Of a stretch of DNA of 64,000 bases, positions 61,001 to 64,000 are shown piece by piece. This stretch comes from Tubulanus polymorphus (lineage: Eukaryota; Animalia; Nemertea). The notes below the pieces were generated by a model. That model saw only the letters and a list, made by a program, of their open reading frames with translations. It was not told the origin of the DNA and searched no databases. Within the stretch, counting starts at the first letter, position 1. The number at the start of each line of letters is the position of its first letter. A program made the position numbers and the translations under genes. The DNA lies in the NCBI RefSeq assembly GCF_964204645.1, contig NC_134027.1, forward strand, positions 24,700,560-24,764,559, read 5' to 3'.

Positions 61001-62273
61001 GTGGCGGCCCACTTTCAGTACATCTACACCGCAGTATAGATAAGATATAAGATTTTAACGTGACAATCGACACGTCGATTCCGTCACTTTGTTGCACGGT
61101 CGCTATAGCGATTGATGATGATAGTTTTCCCGCCGCAGGAGGTTGGTCTTGTTATTATATTTCTGTTAGACTACTGCATTTAATTTTACCGTATAATCTT
61201 CTTTTTTAACACGGTCCCTACAACTCATTGATTCGTTAAAAACTCTTTCAAAACTGAAAATACTTTTAAAGGGTGCTTGAAACCCATTTGATTGGATCGA
61301 TAAAATGCCCAAAACTCTTCAGTCTTCAGTCTTGAGAATTAGATAGGCAATTAGAGATGTTTGTAGTGCAGTAGATTACCCCTACATCGATGTAGTTTGG
61401 ATCGGGATAATTTTTTTTTACCCAATGGGATACTGGCAACACCAGATGGCGCAACAAGTGAAGATCAGTAGTGAAAACCAGTTCATTTTCAATCATTTTC
61501 AATGAAATTTGAACATTATTTTCAGGCTTCTGAATCTGGAAATTATCAAACGAATCATCGAATCGAAATAGCATTTCCTTTTTCACTCAGCGTGTGGTAT
61601 TGATTTCACTGAAAATTGATTTACTCGTCAGGAAAGTTGACTCGGAAGTTTATTGAAATGTAGAAGAAATTAAAAGCGCGGTAACCCAGTGCCACTAGCG
61701 AACCTGGCGGATTATCGCTGAATCCTCCCTTCCCTCAATAGCCTTGCCTTGCCTTGACAATAAAGTTGAATTGAATTTTTCTTGAAGTTTAATAAAGTTG
61801 AATTGAATTTTTCTTGAAGTTTAATAAAGTTGAATTGAATTGAATTTTTCTTGAAGTTTAAAAAAGTTGAATTGAATTGAATTTTTCTTGAAGTTTAATA
61901 AAGTTGAATTGAATTTTTCTTGAAGTTTAATAAAAATGAATTGAATTGAATTTTTCTTGAAGTTTAATAAAATTGAATTGAATTGTTGTCTGATTTCAGG
62001 GGATCAGCTCGACGAAGCGATCGCGATCGTCGACGGTTACAACAGTTACTTCAGTTTCTCGCGCGTTCGAAGCGGCTACTCGGGCGTCGCCACCTATTGT
62101 CGTAACGTGACGGCGTCGCCGACTCACGCCGAGGAGGGTCTCACCGGTCGCCTCGCGAGGCGCGCCGACGAGCGACTCGTCGGCGCGTACGGAAATCTCG
62201 ACGCTTTCTCCGACGACGAATTGGATAGTTTGGACGCGGAGGGTCGCGCCGTTTTAACGCAGCACAAAATCAA
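58080..62273 (+). CDS. APEX2: AP endonuclease 2 (5' part, exons 1-2; continues beyond the window)
   Basis: Exon 58080-58194 MRIVTWNINGIRA...ADIICIQETKVT spliced to exon 62000-62273 RDQLDEAIAIVDGYNSYFSFSRVRSGYSGVATYC...AEEGLTG...LDAEGRAVLTQH, which are APE2-specific sequences. Confidence 0.93.
58310..58516. mobile_element. MITE with about 25-30-bp TIRs, TTAA flanks and internal telomere-like GGTTAG/TTAGGG repeats
   Basis: TTAA|TTGGTAGGATTCAAGAATAGGGGACTA ... TAGTCCCCTATTCTTAAATCGCACCGA|TTAA. Confidence 0.65.
60408..60480 (-). ncRNA. Minimal type I hammerhead ribozyme (Penelope-like-element type)
   Basis: Minus strand: ACAC-CUGACGA-U-GAUCUC-UAGGGU-GAGAUC-GAAA-C-GUC/GUGU. The catalytic core is complete, helix II is 6 bp, helix III is the palindromic ACGU, helix I is ACAC/GUGU, with outer pairing AGUCUA/UAGACU. 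Confidence 0.78.
60642..60916 (+). mobile_element. piggyBac-like MITE (family A) nested inside a Harbinger-like palindromic MITE (about 60572-60951)
   Basis: Family A sequence starts after TTAA within AATTGAGTTAA; the flanks match the two halves of the palindromic MITE seen intact at 62401-62513. Confidence 0.8.
61759..61985 (+). repeat. 32-37-bp tandem repeat AATAAAGTTGAATTGAATTTTTCTTGAAGTTT
   Basis: About 7 copies directly upstream of the APEX2 exon 2 acceptor. Confidence 0.9.
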
Positions 62274-62400
62274 GTAGGTTTCGTTCGTTTCTATCCGACT
62301 TCAGATATCTCTGTATTTGCTGAATTTTTAAAAGGGCTGCATTCATTGTTTAGTTTATGACATGATGGCTGCTGAAGTAGCAAGGTTTTTTAATCCCCCC

Positions 62401-62513
62401 GGGGCCCGGTTTTATAGACTGGTATTACCTTTAACCAGAGGGTTAACTCGATTGAAAATGAATTGAGTGAACCCCCGGGTTAAAGGTAATACCAGTCTAT
62501 AAAACCGAGCCCT
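62401..62513. mobile_element. Palindromic Harbinger-like MITE; related copies at about 63269-63380 and partially at about 13830-13870
   Basis: GGGCCCGGTTTTATAGACTGGTATTACCTTTAACC...GGTTAAAGGTAATACCAGTCTATAAAACCGAGCCC hairpin. Confidence 0.8.
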
Positions 62514-62814
62514 GGAAAATACAGAAAATTAAGCTAGTTTTGGTGTAATTTCTATTTTTCACATTAGCTCAATATATTTCATAGCATTTCGGCATTGATT
62601 GACTATTGGCATTGATTCTGGTAAGGGCAGAAGATGTTTTATAAGGGGCGGTTGATATTCAGGTGTTTGTTTTTTTCAAGAAAGGAATGTAAGGAAAAAG
62701 GGAAAAAAAGTGAAAAGTTGAAAATGAAACTTGAAAAGAAACTTGATTGCATCTACAGACCACACTCCCCCAAGTCGGTGAAAAAAGTGAACGGCTAAAA
62801 ACTTGAAAACAAGC

Positions 62815-62995
62815 CATTAACATTGAAGAACAGTTAACAAGCTGTTAACATCGAAAAACAGTTAACAAGCTGTTAACATCGAAAAACAGTTAACAAGCTG
62901 TTAACATCGAAAAACAGTTAACAAGCTGTTAACATCGAAAAACAGTTAACAAGTCATTAACATCGTAAAGCAGTTAACAAACCGTTAACATCAAA
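62815..62995. repeat. About 28-bp minisatellite with internal palindrome
   Basis: AACAGTTAACAAGCTGTTAACATCGAAA repeated about 6 times. Confidence 0.88.
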
Positions 62996-63859
62996 AATTG
63001 GACCTCATTCAACGATTGGACTGAGCTTGATAGCCGGTGCAATGATGTACCGGTTCGCGTTTTAATCACGTTTAGATTCTTTCCGAAACGATGCTGTTCT
63101 TTAAGGTAAAAGAAACGTATTTAACCGGGGCCCGCGCACTAGCTTCACAGCCACAACTAAGCCACGGCAATTTATCAGCGGATTTCGACGCCGAAAACTT
63201 TCCCGCGCCATTTTGCTTTTTGGCGACTAGAATATCAAATGTGTAAGATATCAGCGTCTAAAACACTAGGGCCAGTTTTATAGACTGGTATTACCTTTTA
63301 CCCGGGGCCAACTCGATTTATTATCAATTGAATTAGCCCGCGGGTTAAAGGTAATACCAGTCTATAAAACCAAGCTGAGGGCCCAGTTTCATGAGAAAGA
63401 AAATTTTTGGTGTAATTGCCATTGGTAACTACACGTTTTCAATGAGGACAACAATTCAAATTTAACCGTCTTAAGCTTAAACTATTACCGGCCCCTGGGC
63501 TGGGTTTCATAGATGTGGAAGAAAAATAGTCCCTGGGAATATTTTGAAGTTCGTCAGTTACAACCATGGTTTCTCATTGCGACTATGGTGGTTGTCACCC
63601 AGATTGAGGATTTACCCCGCAGGGATAACTTCGATACTCAGTCCATGAAACCGGGCCCTGGAAGTTTCACCCGTACGCCGGCGATTGTGACGCGCGCTCG
63701 GTTGTGGCGGCATTTACGCTAATGTGCGATTCTCGTACCAACTATGTCAAATTAATTCTGAGCTATAGGTCTAGACCGATATTCAATCCTCGACATTTAG
63801 TATAAAATATCAATTATTTAGGATATCAATATTTTACAAGTTGAAAGTATTAATATAAT

Positions 63860-63925
63860 GATAGTAATTATAACAATAACTTTTTTTTATACCGCTGTCG
63901 ACTGCGTTTTAGAGCGGTTTACATG
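63860..63925 (-). mobile_element. L2/SINE-type 3' tail
   Basis: Minus strand TGTAAACCGCTCTA...CAGCGGTATAAAAA followed by an ATT-rich tail. Confidence 0.4.
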
Positions 63926-64000
63926 AAATATATCATATACAAATCTTATATAATAATACCGAACATTCGCACCGACTGCTGCGTCGTTACTGCACGTATC

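Overview
Eukaryotic (animal) genomic DNA: AT-rich, with GT-AG introns and CpG-rich exons. It is most consistent with a marine invertebrate, possibly a lophotrochozoan (inference only). Four spliced conserved genes were reconstructed by hand: a divergent SNX5/6/32-like PX-BAR sorting nexin (minus; 9 exons seen, both ends not found), inositol-pentakisphosphate 2-kinase IPPK (plus; 13 exons, complete, about 469 aa), a LAP2/thymopoietin-like LEM protein (minus; 6 exons, complete) and the 5' part of APEX2, which lies head-to-head with the LAP2-like gene. Single-exon ORFs include a CYP1-like cytochrome P450, an intact FMRFamide-receptor-like GPCR nested on the same strand in IPPK intron 4, a frameshifted GPCR, and two orphan single-pass membrane proteins; one orphan appears to be nested antisense in the sorting nexin gene. 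Non-coding DNA is dominated by MITEs (piggyBac-like TTAA, Harbinger-like CAG, P/hAT-like 7-8 bp TSD, Tigger-like TA), LINE scraps (RTE, L2, CR1) and many tandem arrays, several of which derive from MITE sequence. The most notable non-gene signals are two minimal Penelope-type hammerhead ribozyme motifs (one split by an inversion at its cleavage site), a micro-array of tiny hairpin elements separated by a 7-bp target duplication, and recurrent MITE-to-satellite conversion. No CRISPR, rRNA or tRNA gene is supported. All calls come from reading the sequence; no database searches were run.
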